Positions 20,235 to 32,539 of a stretch of DNA of 64,000 nucleotides are shown here, piece by piece. The stretch's first letter is position 1. Each line of letters opens with the position of its first letter. The notes below the pieces were generated by a model. That model was not told the origin of the DNA. It ran no database searches and worked only from the letters and a program-made list of their open reading frames with translations. The DNA is from Perkinsus olseni. Its lineage: Eukaryota. The stretch is from the NCBI GenBank assembly GCA_013115125.1, contig JABANN010000052.1:1-64000 (forward strand), written 5' to 3'. A program made the translations under genes and the position numbers.

Positions 20235-22219
20235 TCAAGTGATCCCGAGTGCAGAGCGCATGGCGTTGGCGTGGTCCTCGTACTCCCTTCGTGGCACATG
20301 AGGCACCCTAGGGATCTGGAGGGTCACCACTGGCTCTGTTTCTCTTGTGTACTTGGCGGCAGCCAGCAGGCTTCGTTTGCCCATATCAAGCGGCAAGATC
20401 TTCTTCGGGTCGCAGAGCAGCTCGTCGTTCTTCGCTCGAAGCTTACTATTTTCCGTCGGATCAAACAACGAGCTACGCCGCCTCCCCCTCCGTCGCCGTC
20501 CCCCTGCCGGGCTAGATCGTACATGAGCACGCTTCGGAGTGGTGACCGGTGGCAGCGCAGTCTTCCAGCGAGTCCAGCCTCCCCCTCGAGCACTCCCGGA
20601 CAGGACCCACTTCCGCTCCGCTGCCCAAGAGCTCGATACGTCCTGCATGCGCAATGGGGACCTGGCAGACGAGCTCGGCCGAGTTGGGCGGACAGGCTCA
20701 TCGCGAGGAGTGAACATGGACAAGTCGATCGCCACACCATCACCATGGACTGCTCCTGGAAATCCTAGCGGTGGCACTAGGATCTGCTTCCGAGGCGTCT
20801 TGAGCAATCGTGCTGGAGACGGTCGTAACCGCGGATCCTTGCACAGCGGGTGTCCTCCATCCAGCTGTCTCGAACTGCAAGAGAGCAGCCCGAGCAAGTG
20901 CCACAGACTGGTGGTTGGGGCTTGGGCCTCTTTGACCTTCATGTGCCACAAGGTCGCCATATCCTCACAGAGCATTGCCGCGTGTTCCCGAGCTCCCACC
21001 TGTGCCGGCAGCACCAGGACAGTCCCGCTAGTTGACGGCGGCGCCCCAGCGGTTGACACCGCGGGCGAGCCTGTGGGTGCCGAGGGCTTAGGAATGTCTT
21101 TAGGGAAGCCAGGATGTAGCTTGGCACCATAATTGCTGCGATTAAGATCCTCGCACGCTTTGACGCCGTGGTCGAGGCCAAGGTAGACAGTGCAAACTCC
21201 CCGGGTGACCAGCTCCGGTTGTAGGCCCTGAGATCGAATAACACAAAAGTGGCCAACGTTTGGGCTCTGGTGTCAGCTGGGAATACTTGCGTGTCCGTTC
21301 CAACATGCATTTTTGCCGCTGCGCCTCGCAGCTGGTCCCAGAGCTTGGCGGAGGCTCGAAGCCTCTTGATGCTGTTCATTGCCCGCGTCCAACGCGACTT
21401 GTTCTTCTCGCTGTTCATGACCTTGTCGATCTCGGAGCTGCTCAATAGCGTCTATCGAGGGGACCGCCAAGGCCGCCTACCCTTCCTGAAACCCCAGTTT
21501 GGACATCATGTACCGGCACCGACGCTCGAGCTGGTCCACGTTCGCTCGAGCGCTCGAGAGCTCTTCTCGCGCCCGCAGCAATTGCCGCGAGCATCGACCG
21601 AAGGCCTCGTCGAACTCCCGCTGACAGAAAGGCTGAATGGACGACATCGCCAGGCTGCGGTCTCGGCTCACCTTGAGCTCAGAGGCGGCCCGCTGTATCC
21701 CCAACTCCAGCATGCGCACTGCATTCTCGGGCAGGTCAGATTCTGGGTAATTCTCGACCGTCAACGGTCGTGCGAGAAGGTCCTCGTCGGTGCTCTCTCG
21801 GTTGGGCTCCTCGGCCGGGCGACTATCCTCGAGAACATCGTCCCCTTGTAGGCTCAGAGACGGATCTTCGGCTGCTCCAGGACCAGCAGTTACCGCCCTA
21901 CCACAGTCCAGCGTTGTGGAATTGACGAAAGACCAGCGGCCATGCGAGGACCCCAGAAGGCGGAAATCACCCATCCATCTCCATCCAGACCACCAAGGTC
22001 ACCTCTCCGACTCGAGCTCACTCCTCCAAGAGGCTGTCCTCGCGGCGATGTTCTCATTCAGATCGACCAGTGCTCCACCGCTATCTTGGAGGCCGCTAGC
22101 GAAACCCTCTAACTGGTGCCAGAGCTGGTTAATCGTTCTGGTGACAAGGTCACTAGCCTGGGCATAACGACTCGTCGCATGCCCACGAGCATCTACCACT
22201 ACCTCGCTCGTCCTTTCAT
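20235..22219 (-). CDS. Hypothetical coiled-coil / low-complexity protein (multi-exon)
   Basis: Consecutive minus-strand ORFs (21999-22199, 21477-21974, 20939-21445, 20235-21059) separated by short GT-AG introns; no recognisable domain. Confidence 0.55.
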
Positions 22220-22507
22220 CTGGTATTTCACACTGCAGAGTTGACCCGACCTTCAGGGCTGGAAGGGCAATCCTGTATGAGGACTAGCGTTTCTCGCGCA
22301 TCAAAGCTAGTGCGACTCACCTCACTATGAGCGTGTGCTTGACGGAGGGGGTCTCCATTCTGGCAACCTGCAACTGTGGGCCACGACCGATCGCTCACCA
22401 CCCCCATTCACCAATACAAGCACTTAGCGGGAGCCGAAGGAAACTCGCGAGGTTAGATCAGAAACGCAGTCGAAAAGAACGACTGCGACTAAGGGAGTTC
22501 GACGTCA

Positions 22508-23731
22508 TCACTGCGAGGACTGGAGTCTACCCAGCACTTCTGCGTCGACAAAGAGGTTTATGAATTCGCCTTGGTCGGGCTGCTGGCCGTTCATCCAGCC
22601 ACACTCGACATGAGCGTTCAACGCCGCACGATGGAAGTCCGTCCAACCACGAAGCTCATCTGGCGGAGAGCTATAGAATCCCAAGCCGCACATGGTGTGG
22701 TCGTCCAAACAGGAGCAACCCTCTTGGCGGACGGCATCTTGAAGAGTCCGGAAGTAGTGCTTAACAGCTACTACACCCTCGACTGAGGTCACAGGACCAT
22801 GACCGGGAACTACCTTCCACGATGAGTCGATACGCTGCTCCAGCCAAATCAAAGCATTCAGCCATTTCTGTGCAGAGCCACTGGTCATGATAGGCGTAAC
22901 GCCGACAAATAGGAGGTCACCAGTGAACACCACCTTAGCCTCCGGAACGATAACCATGCAGTCGAAGGAGCTGTGGGTAGGGCCGAAACACTTGAGCTCG
23001 ATGTGGTCATGGACAAAACCGGAATCCCCATTGAAAGTGGCGACATCGACAGGAAGATGCTCCGGCTTCTCGGGGTCGAATTGGGCAAAGTAATGGCCGA
23101 GTTCTAGCCCGACAACTAGACGCTGCAAGGGAAGAGGTAGGACGTTCAACACGCGCTGGAGATACTGGCCGAACCATTCATAGAGGTAGTACGCAGCAGC
23201 TTGCTGTTTAGCTTCCCCTTTAGCAGCACCGAGGATTCCCTCAACCACCGGGCGCATCTTCTCGTGCATAATGGCCGTGGTAAGGTTCTTGTAGGCCGTG
23301 ATACCGCCAATGTGATCGGGGTGAGGGTGAGTGAGGATGAAGGTGTCAGCTGGTCCGAGCTCGGAGGAGCTGTCCATAGCTCCTGCCAGGTTCCTGTCCA
23401 TTAGGGAATCGACTTGGTAGACATGACCGTAGGCCTTGATGCGACCAGCGTTGCTCCAGCCTTTACCGCCGTCTGGTTGGACGTAGGCTTCTACAGAGAC
23501 GTTAGGAGAGCTGAACAGCTTGACAATACCGCAACGGTAGGGGACCTCGGGATGGGCGAGTTGTTGTTGCACCGAGGTGAGCGGGTTGGAGCCGCAGTCT
23601 TGGACTAAATATGTTGACGGGACGGCATGGGCAGGGTCTCGGAGCTTATACCCGAGCCACATGGCGAAAACACCAACCCAAGCGGCCATCGCCAGAAAGG
23701 ACACCTTGAGGAAGCTGGTGCAGCTGGACAT
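22508..23731 (-). CDS. Metallo-beta-lactamase-fold hydrolase (cyclase-like), N-terminal membrane anchor, intronless
   Basis: 407-aa ORF: AYVQPDGG..WSNAG, THPHPDHIGG (HxHxDH), GPTHS, VVFTGDLLF, VVPGHGPV. Confidence 0.92.
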   Translation of the reverse strand: MSSCTSFLKVSFLAMAAWVGVFAMWLGYKLRDPAHAVPSTYLVQDCGSNPLTSVQQQLAHPEVPYRCGIVKLFSSPNVSVEAYVQPDGGKGWSNAGRIKAYGHVYQVDSLMDRNLAGAMDSSSELGPADTFILTHPHPDHIGGITAYKNLTTAIMHEKMRPVVEGILGAAKGEAKQQAAAYYLYEWFGQYLQRVLNVLPLPLQRLVVGLELGHYFAQFDPEKPEHLPVDVATFNGDSGFVHDHIELKCFGPTHSSFDCMVIVPEAKVVFTGDLLFVGVTPIMTSGSAQKWLNALIWLEQRIDSSWKVVPGHGPVTSVEGVVAVKHYFRTLQDAVRQEGCSCLDDHTMCGLGFYSSPPDELRGWTDFHRAALNAHVECGWMNGQQPDQGEFINLFVDAEVLGRLQSSQ

Positions 23732-24853
23732 CGGTAAACAAATAAGCCTAAACGACGAATGATAATAGAATCAGCATCTTAATTCTCCAGCTAACAATGG
23801 TGGCAACAGCAGCAGCAAAGGGCACCTGCACAAGCCGCTTTGTGACCCGCTACCGGTAGAGTGACGATAATGATTGCGTACGGCGTTCGATTAGGGTCAG
23901 AATCTCAACCAAGACAAGCGAGGGCCATAATGGTGTAGACAATCCGAGCTGGACACTTTCCAGCAATTCGCGCCAAAGCGATCTGCAGACACAAAGCGGA
24001 GGGCTGTAACCGCTGACGTCAGGACGAAGATCCGCATTGACGGCTCACGCTGTAGCAGCGAGGTGCTAGGCTGCCTGGCGATGCCAGGGGTTCGCCCTAT
24101 TGCAGTAACTGTTGTCGTGGGAAAGCAGACCCAGCTGGCAGCCTGAGCTTCTCCATCTCTTTGGATCGGAGTCCAGCTTCTCGCAGAAGGGCAATCTGTC
24201 GCTATGCCGCCTTTCCTGCAGGCTGCAAGCTTGTGACCGATCTGAGCATCGTAATGGCGAGTGAGGGTGAATGCTTATCCTCTCATGATCATCGAGACGT
24301 ATTAGCTCAATCGATGGTGCGCCATGGCCATCACTCGACGGGACAGCACGCACAAAACCACGTCCGAACTGTGGGACATTCCTACTACTGCAGTTAGTAC
24401 CGCACACTACACGCCATCGGAAGGGTTCCTTCACTGTTGCTGAATCCTCTTTCATGAATATGCTGACAACCGCTCCGCCTGCTCCCACGGGCTAAGCGGG
24501 CTGAGCTACGCACACGCGTGCTGCGGCTCCGAAATCATTCCCAGCCCATCGAGTCAGAAGGATTACTCGTTTGGTGGACCACCAATAATAGTATCCCATT
24601 CGTAGATGGTATCTCTCTCATTCCCTGAAGGCCAACTCCGTAGTCAACGCCGCCCCCAGTTCCCACTGGGACCACCCGGGGGGCACGACCTTGAGCCAAG
24701 GGACACCGCACTACCAGGCAAGTCGTACCGTGACTCACGGTGTGACACCGTCGGTGTCTCCCCAGTACACGCAACTCGGTCGAGTACTTTAAATGAGATA
24801 TCCTCTTAATGATATGAGAAAGAGTCTAAGTTAACAGTCTACGGGTTGAAATT

Positions 24854-26086
24854 CTAGCGAGAGCTGGAAGCCTCTGACCTCATCCTAAGGGCCTCGGCTT
24901 GAGCCAGGAGTCTGATCTTGGTATCAACAGTAATAACGGAGCTGTCTTCGACCTCGCAGTGGACATAGCCATTGATCCTCATGCGTTCAGGGGATACCCA
25001 TGTCCTGAATTCTTCAGGGAGCTTCTCGAAAAGCTCGGTACCACAGGATTCTCCTGAACTGACGCAACTGCATCCATCAGCGGCCATTTGGTCGCGGAAA
25101 AATTTCCAGTACCTCTCCAAGGCCTTCAGGCCTTTGAGAGACGTAACTGGACCATGCCCAGGGACTAGCTTCCAGCTATCGTCCACCTGTTGCTCGAGCC
25201 AGCTGAGAGCGTCCAGCCACTTCTCGACAGGGCCAGCCCACATAATAGGTGTGACGCCGATGAACAGGAGATCGCCGGTGAACACGACTTTCGCCTTAGG
25301 AACTAAGACCATACAATCATGCTTGCTATGGATAGGGCCGAAGCACTTGACCATTACGTCGTCGTTTACCCGATACACGTCGGTTTTGAAAGTTCTGGTC
25401 TCGAGTGGGAACTTTTCCGGCATAGTCGGGTCGAACTTGGCGAGGTAGTGACCGTTCTTGAGCAACCCAAGGAGCCCCTGGGTCTTGGCAGGAAGCCGTT
25501 TCACATAGGGAACCAAAAACTTTCCCAGCCACTCATAGGCATGATAAGCGGATATGAGCTTATTGAAGGACGCAGGCGCCACCTTGAAGGTAGCGTCCAC
25601 CACAGGGACCATCTCCTCCCGCATAACGGCAGTCGCATTGGCAGGGACCTCTAGGATGCCGCCAAAGTGGTCAATATCGGGATGGGTCAAAATGAAGGTA
25701 TCAACTTCTCCCATATCGGTCGAGGACTCAACCATGTTCCTAGTGAGAGTAATATCTTGCAGTGCATCCACCATGATCAGCTTCTGGCCGCTACGGATGA
25801 AGCCACCATTGCTCCAGCAGGTCCCGCCGTCAGGCTGCACGTAAGCGCGGACTTCCAAGTCGCTCGAGTCGAACAGCTCGACGGATCCGCATTTAAAAAG
25901 CACCTCAGGGTGAGCTAGTTCACCATGCACGTCCGAGAACTCGTTAACAGTGCAGTCCGTAGTCTTGTAGCTGGCGGGTATCGAGAGAATACCCTCTCCA
26001 AAGTAACCGACATATACCGCTGGGACCACCACCCAGGCACTCAGGACTACCGCGGATATCTTGCAGACCCTGCCAATAAAACTCAT
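24854..26086 (-). CDS. Metallo-beta-lactamase-fold hydrolase, tandem paralog, intronless
   Basis: 410-aa ORF: AYVQPDGGTCWSNGG, THPDIDHFGG, GPIHS, VVFTGDLLF, LVPGHGPV; colinear with the 22508-23731 gene. Confidence 0.92.
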   Translation of the reverse strand: MSFIGRVCKISAVVLSAWVVVPAVYVGYFGEGILSIPASYKTTDCTVNEFSDVHGELAHPEVLFKCGSVELFDSSDLEVRAYVQPDGGTCWSNGGFIRSGQKLIMVDALQDITLTRNMVESSTDMGEVDTFILTHPDIDHFGGILEVPANATAVMREEMVPVVDATFKVAPASFNKLISAYHAYEWLGKFLVPYVKRLPAKTQGLLGLLKNGHYLAKFDPTMPEKFPLETRTFKTDVYRVNDDVMVKCFGPIHSKHDCMVLVPKAKVVFTGDLLFIGVTPIMWAGPVEKWLDALSWLEQQVDDSWKLVPGHGPVTSLKGLKALERYWKFFRDQMAADGCSCVSSGESCGTELFEKLPEEFRTWVSPERMRINGYVHCEVEDSSVITVDTKIRLLAQAEALRMRSEASSSR

Positions 26087-26772
26087 GAAAAGAAAATTGA
26101 AAGCCCCTGAATGAACACGAACGTCACGACCGCAGCCTCAAGGCCCAGAGAATCCTCGCCCCGATAAAGGACGAGAATGAGCCCGCTGTTTCCTAAATTC
26201 CCTACGCACCTGCACTCAGAGCCATACGGGGGACGAGCGGGAAACTCTTGGCGGTTGAAATCTGTGCCATACCAAATCACAAACTTGAGAGGGCCAGAAA
26301 ACACTATGGCACGCCAGATGCTGACGCAAACGCAAATCTATGACGAAGAGAAAGGAGATCTCATATTCTCGTGACTACTCACTCTTATCGTCGCTATTGT
26401 TGTTGCACTCTGCTTCAATAGGAAGGACACGTACAGACAGACGCATGATGGAATACCGGTGGGGAATCGTGGCAACAACCGGGGACATCAATCACACAGA
26501 AGAACAGAATTCACAGAAGAAGAAATATCTTAGGTTGATCGTTGCAGCCTTTACCACAACTAACAGCGAGGAGGGAATCTTATAGCATCAGCAGCCACAA
26601 CGGCCGCCGCACAGCTGAGGAACATGAGGAACGAACTGCAGAATAAGTAAGACTAGATAATACCGGATAGCACTCCGGATGGAACGACCATTGGCAGGTG
26701 GAGGGGTTGGTCCGTACCGTGGACAGGAGTCCGATAACATGACAGACCAACGGGCTCTAACCTTTACAGTCC

Positions 26773-27921
26773 TCACTTACCAATGGTCGTCGCTCTGAAT
26801 AAAGATGACCTCCGACGAGACGCCTGGACATCAGCGTCGGGGTCTCTCTCACTCGACACAGAAGGGGTCACCACTGGCTCCCCGTCGCTAGAACAGAGGG
26901 CCTCGTCCTCAATGGAATCAGCACTCTCATCGTCAAGCTCCGGACCAGTAGCCCGCCATTGTTTGGTAGGCTCGATCGGAGGCGGAGCATAGGCAGCAAT
27001 GAGGTCGATCCGAGACTGTATGTTGGACAGCAGACGAACCGTCCACTCAGAATTGGGGCCGAGGGCCGCAAACAGGGGGAAGGCGACGTTCTTGTAGAAG
27101 GCTAGCTGACACAGGGCGTAACCAGGCGATGTGAGGCTTCGCGAGGGCACGCTCACGGGCGGAGTTACACCAACTTTCCGACTAAGATCGTGCTCCCTCC
27201 AGAACTCGAAAGAGGATCGGATACTCCACAATTGACTGAGCCTGGCCTCCTTAGTAGGGTTGGAGATATCAGCGGCGTGCAGCAGGACACTGAGTCGACT
27301 TGGCAAATCCTCATTGACGTAATTTTGCGCCTTCTCCACCATCCTACTATGATAGTCCATACATGTACAGAGAATCATCTCCTGTATCATACAGAGCCGT
27401 TTGGGGCCCAGGAGCCCGTCCAGCCCCGCCGCCGCGAGCATCTTCGCCGTCTCACGTGCGTGCATGCTCTCCAGCGGATGGGGGTCATCGGCATCACCCG
27501 TCCCCAGCGCCTTAGCGAAGGAATTGGACCAGCCAGGATGACCAACGTCGTGAGCAAAGGCTGCAAGTATTGCCGCCAACTCATCGAGCGGATCGAGCTG
27601 GTGTGAGCCCTCATAGACCTGGATCATCTGGTACAGGGTGATGGCCGTGTCAGCAGCGTGGATTCGGGTATGGTAACCATAGGTCTGCCTGTACCCCTCC
27701 TGGACCATCGCTAGGAACTTACTCACAGACCCAAGGACCCGCCTACAATGGAAGAGATCTTGCCATGGAAAGCACGCAAGCAACTGAGAGTTCACCTGCA
27801 CTGATGCTCGGTGCCCTGCAGCAGCCGGTTGGCCAGGAACAGTCCGACTACGCGGACAATCTCAGAACGTTCGGGTAATGCTTCGGTGAATCGGAAGATA
27901 TCCCAATATGGGTTAACCATG
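26773..27921 (-). CDS. Class I 3',5'-cyclic nucleotide phosphodiesterase (start uncertain)
   Basis: YHTRIHAAD, AHDVGHPGWSNSF, LESMHA, LLHAADISNPTK, CQLAF; upstream exon with WDIFRF. Confidence 0.88.
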
Positions 27922-28449
27922 GCTTCATCGAGCTCAGCCTCGTACCTGCCGATTGTTGACTGAATCTACGCTCGAGTCCACGAGTCGCGGACCACGACTA
28001 TGCATCCACAACAGAAACCAATACCACTCCAATCGGAACTCTGTGTTCAGGTCTATCACGAGAACATCAACCCTAGGAATTGCACGATACTAAAACGATT
28101 TGAGTATGGTTAGTATAAGAAGCGGGAAATACTACCGTCGCCAGTGATCGGTGGGCTCATCTCCGCTGGCCGCTGCTTCTAATGGTCGGTGTGGTAATGA
28201 CATGTTTAGATAGATTACAACAGCTACCAGTAACTCCGTCAGCACAACACAGAAAAAACCTTCGGCCAAAATCCAATGGACAAAACGATGTAACTCGCGT
28301 AAGAAAGGGATATACATGGAATAGTTTACCCGCTATTAATCGTCGTGCTCAATCCATCCCAGAGCGATCAAGCTTCAGACCGGGCGTATCTTCTAGGCAG
28401 CCCGTCCTAGAACCCTCTCGTTCCATACTAGTTCGCCCTCTCCCTTCAA

Positions 28450-30229
28450 ATGACTGATAACACCCCACAAACCTTCCGCGTGCGCGTCAGCGACCTCGGG
28501 TCGGGCGAGAAGACCGAGTTCGTCCGTTCAGCAGCGGACATCGTCTACGCCCAAACACTGGCTGATCGGACTAAACAGTTCTCGAGGGCCTCCGAGGAGT
28601 TCACTGGCGCGATGAAGCAGATCCTGGACCGACGGTTCGGAGAGGACTGGAACGTCTGTGTCGGGTTCAAGGTAATAAGCTGACCTAAAGATGTCATCTG
28701 ACTCTGCCGCATACTAGTTCACACTGGTAGTCCTCCCACACGTTTGTTTGATGGTTTTCGTCGCTACACAGTGGATCTGAATAGTTCGAGCGCGCTCCCT
28801 TACCGGCTGCAGCATGTGCAGCAACATAATGCTCACGGGTGGACGATGCTCATTCGTGTGTTTCACGGCGTGGTCTTGTACTTGAAAATTCATAACCCGA
28901 GCATGAGTCGTCGGAAATATGGTATGAAAATTTTCCCAAACGCAGCTAGCGGGCCGTACTAGGCGTGTAAAACCCGAGCTGGAATAAAGTAGAGGGTAAG
29001 TGTGTCGTCTCTCATTGGTTACTGCGCCCTTTCTTCACTGTCCCCATGGTCGAAGGACAGGCGAAGACGTTCTCATTGGCAGCCGGTCCCGAGCTGTGTC
29101 CACCACGATCGTTCAGGCCGGCTACGCTCTGAAATCCCGGAAGAAGGAGTCCGCGATTGTTTTGAGGAGTAACACCAAGGATGCATCGCAGCTTTTAGTG
29201 GTATGCTGGCGGAGTCCAGCATTCGAAATACTCGATCGCGAGGTGGGGCTCACTGGGGGCCTCGGCAACGGTAGCGCCTCGAGAACAGGTTGTCCGCCTA
29301 CAAGCGAGCGAGCAAGTGAGGGCAGAGGAGGGCACCGTCGAAGAAGTGAAGGGTGGTGAGTCGAAAAGGAAGGTCAAGGTTCTACAGCAACCTCAGGTCG
29401 TACCACTCCATCCGCGACGGAGGTATAAATGATAATCACCCTCTCAGGTCGATGATCCGACCTACAGTTCCGACACTACTGGTGTTATCGAGGAGGTCAC
29501 TAAGTTGGCACAGTCCGATGAGCTCTGGCCCAGTGACAAGCAAGATCTAGCGATAAAGATACGACAGCATTTGAGTGCCCGTTTCGGTGAGTGCATCAGC
29601 AGCCCTACTCTCTGCTTCATGGCTTATCTTAGGTCCTTGCTGGCACATCTTAACCAGTGATGGCGAGATAATGTGCCGTACGGTGGATAAGGGTGTCGAG
29701 TGCAGCCTTACACTCCAAGTTGGGAAGACCAAGTACGTCCACTTGCTGGAGGAAATTTTGGTATCTTCGAGTTCAGGGTTATCATCTTCCGTCACATCCA
29801 GCCGTCCACTGGCCTGCTGGCCTCCCTCTCTCCATCAACCCTAGCCGAGGCTATGCCGACGATTATGATGGTCTTGCTGGCACTGGTCTACATCTACCAT
29901 AGGGGCGTCTGTTCCAACCCTACTATTGCCGCTCTCCTCCCTGATGTAGTCCACGAGGTACCGGGTTCGACTCCCACAAGCAGCGTTTCTCTTCAGGCCG
30001 CCCTTGCCTTATGTCCTTCCGACGACGCTTGGTTCACTGGTGTCCTCTATCAAGTGGCAGGTAGGCCTTTGCAGTCCCAACCCGTCACTGCATCTCCGCT
30101 GCCTTCACCTCAGGCGCTGTTTTCGTCCTGAGCGTCGTGCGAAAAGTGATGAAGGTCGTGGGCCAGGCCACAGGCCGTCGTCGAGAACTCCACCATATGA
30201 GAGAACAGCAACAACAGCCGCAGGAGTGA
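28450..30229 (+). CDS. Protein with two dynein light chain type-1 (LC8)-like domains and two C-terminal hydrophobic helices
   Basis: Domain 1: MKQILDRRFGEDWNVCVGFK/AGYALK...LLVVCWRS. Domain 2: LAIKIRQHLSARF/GPCWHIL...LQVGKTK/VIIFRH. Then MPTIMMVLLALVYIY and WFTGVLYQVAGAVFVLSVV. Confidence 0.65.
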
Positions 30230-30410
30230 TGACTGATGATCGAGCCAACGTATTCAACCTTACCAACATACTTGACAGACCCATTTCTCACCGATACAGC
30301 TTTGCGTCGTCAATCATCTTTGCTCGGTTATCCTCCAATACCGGATAGCCCAGGATGGTCTTGACGGAAAGGGTATCACAATCCCTTCAGTTGATCGCTG
30401 CCATCGACCT

Positions 30411-32539
30411 ATGTACAGTAAAACTCCCCCACGCCGACGACGTAGCGGTCCCTATAGCAACACAGTGTCGCCCTATGGTCTACCACAGAGGCCACGGTAC
30501 TCTAACAGGTCTCTGGTCATCAACCCAGCACATGGAGGAGGGTCCTCGGGTAGTCCGGCAAGCCGCACTAAGCCGTCACTGGACGACGCCAGCCCACCGC
30601 GACAGGGCAGCCTGGCGAGGCCAATGTTGCTCCCGGGAGTGATGCCTCGCGACGGTGTGATCACCCCACCTGAGTTCGATGAAAATAAGGTAGCTCGACT
30701 GTCCCCCTCTTCGAATGAGCGTGGCATGCGCTCAGGCAGCGGATATGGACACCGTGGGACTCGGCCTTAATGAGGTTCTCGGTTATTACGCCCGGCAAAT
30801 GGCAAAGATAAGTGAGTTCAGGCAACTGGGGGACAGGGACTGTGAATACCGTGTCATCTCTAGGGACGGACATGCTGGCAGTAAGCGCCTCCCAGGCAGT
30901 GATCGAGGCCACCACCGAATCGGATGTGTCCCCGGCGACGACCGCCGACCCACCAACGCCATCGACAACCAGAGGAGATGTACGCGGTCTCCCCTTGCTG
31001 ATTCGGATGGCCCTTGGCAGACTCCCGGCCGCTACAGCAATTTGACGTGGACGCCCAAGCAAGGCAACTCGGGCAATGCCGCCGCGCCACGACCCCCTCC
31101 TCCACCGCCACCGACGCAGGGCGACCACGCTAATCGGAGCTGGTGGGTGTCAGGGTGCTTCTAAGGGCTCCTAGTTAAGGAGTCAGGGACCAAGGAGGCT
31201 GGAACAGCGGCAGGAAAAGTCATCGAAGCAGCAGTGGTGGGCCTGGCACTCCTAATGGACGGATATCAGCTCGTCTCCCATCGGCTAAGATGGCGTTCAC
31301 TCCTAACGAGAAACGTAGGGCACTGGGAAGCGTCGTTCTCTCGCTTCTGTGCTCCGCCCAGGCACCACCTTGCTGATGCGGAATGTGCCCAACGATCTCA
31401 ACCAAGAGGGGCTTGTCGACCTCATCTTGAAAATATGCAGGCAGCGCGGGAAAAGTACATCTGGGGAACTCATCATGCGAAAGGGGAGGATAAACCTTAG
31501 ATATCCGGGTCAACTTCTTCTATGCCCCGATGGACTCGGGAACTCGTCGGAATCTCGGCTACTGCTTCGTCAACTTACAGGAGTCGATCATGGCCAAGGA
31601 TTTCGAGGAAAGTACCCTTCAATGGCTGCTGCTGTTGTTGTGGCAGCTCTCTTCCCTCTCAGTCTTCACGGGGTTGGAGCTCCGAGGGGCCGGTCGAAAG
31701 CGAGTAGACTGCCAATGGGCAGTTCTACAAGGCTTCGCCGAGAATGTTCGCCACTATAAGAACTCCTCCACCGTTATGGACAAGGACAGCTCATATTGGT
31801 AGAGACTCTAGGCAGCTCCTCTAGCGTCTGTGGCAAGATCGAGAATGATACACAGTATTGGCTTCCAGTGGTAGTGATGAGTCGTAACGGCCGACTTGCA
31901 AAAATTGGTGTCACCAACACCCCTGTGGACTCGACACCATCAGGCGTTAATTCAATCAGTTTTCGATTTGCAGGACTGTTCTTGTCCATCATTGGATGTG
32001 GCAGGCCTCTCATATTCGGCCCCGACCAACGGCGACAGACCTTCCCACCGATCATGCCGGACACCTCTGACGCTACGCCCTCCTCCAAGCACTCCTACCC
32101 TGGCAACGGTACCCCGATGACCCCAGCTAGACCTAAAGGGTTGGTTCGAACCGATCATGCTGTTTCCAAAGAGTCACTCTCCGCTGACCTCAGGCGTATA
32201 CCGGCTCCACAGTCGATCCGCATTGTGGGACCGCCCGATGCTCTGAAGCCTGGGCCTATTCTGATGTCGGTAGCGGATGTCGTCGCCAGGGGTCGAACCT
32301 GCGACCTTTGCAGGTACCTTTGCAAATTCGGCGAGGTTCGAGAGCTCAACTCACAGAATGAAGTCCTCGTACGATAACCCAAGCACGGTGGGCTGAAGTG
32401 ACCATCCCTCCCTCAGATCGATGACGAGGGGCACAGCTACTCGGTGGCCGACTGCAGCTTCGGCGACTCCACCACAGCCGAGAGAATTCTTTCCCAACGG
32501 AAGCACGTCATCAATGGCTTCCGGGTTCGTATAGAGTGA
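30411..32539 (+). CDS. MEI2-like RNA-binding protein (RRM3/RRM_2 type plus degenerate C-terminal RRM)
   Basis: TTLLMRNVPNDLNQ, NFFYAPMDSGTRRNLGYCFVNL, CQWAVLQGFAENVRHYKNS; low-complexity N-terminus, start uncertain. Confidence 0.82.

Noticed and set aside
20202-22167. Long plus-strand ORFs opposite the minus-strand hypothetical gene
   Set aside because: Antisense shadows of GC-rich coding sequence; splice signals support the minus strand.
24690-24700. CTTGGCTCAAG on the minus strand, matching the 3' half of the Perkinsus/dinoflagellate spliced leader
   Set aside because: Only 11 nt match, the 5' half is absent, and it is not next to a start codon; compatible with chance.
23760-24850. Short ORFs between the two MBL genes
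   Set aside because: No recognisable domain and no convincing spliced model.
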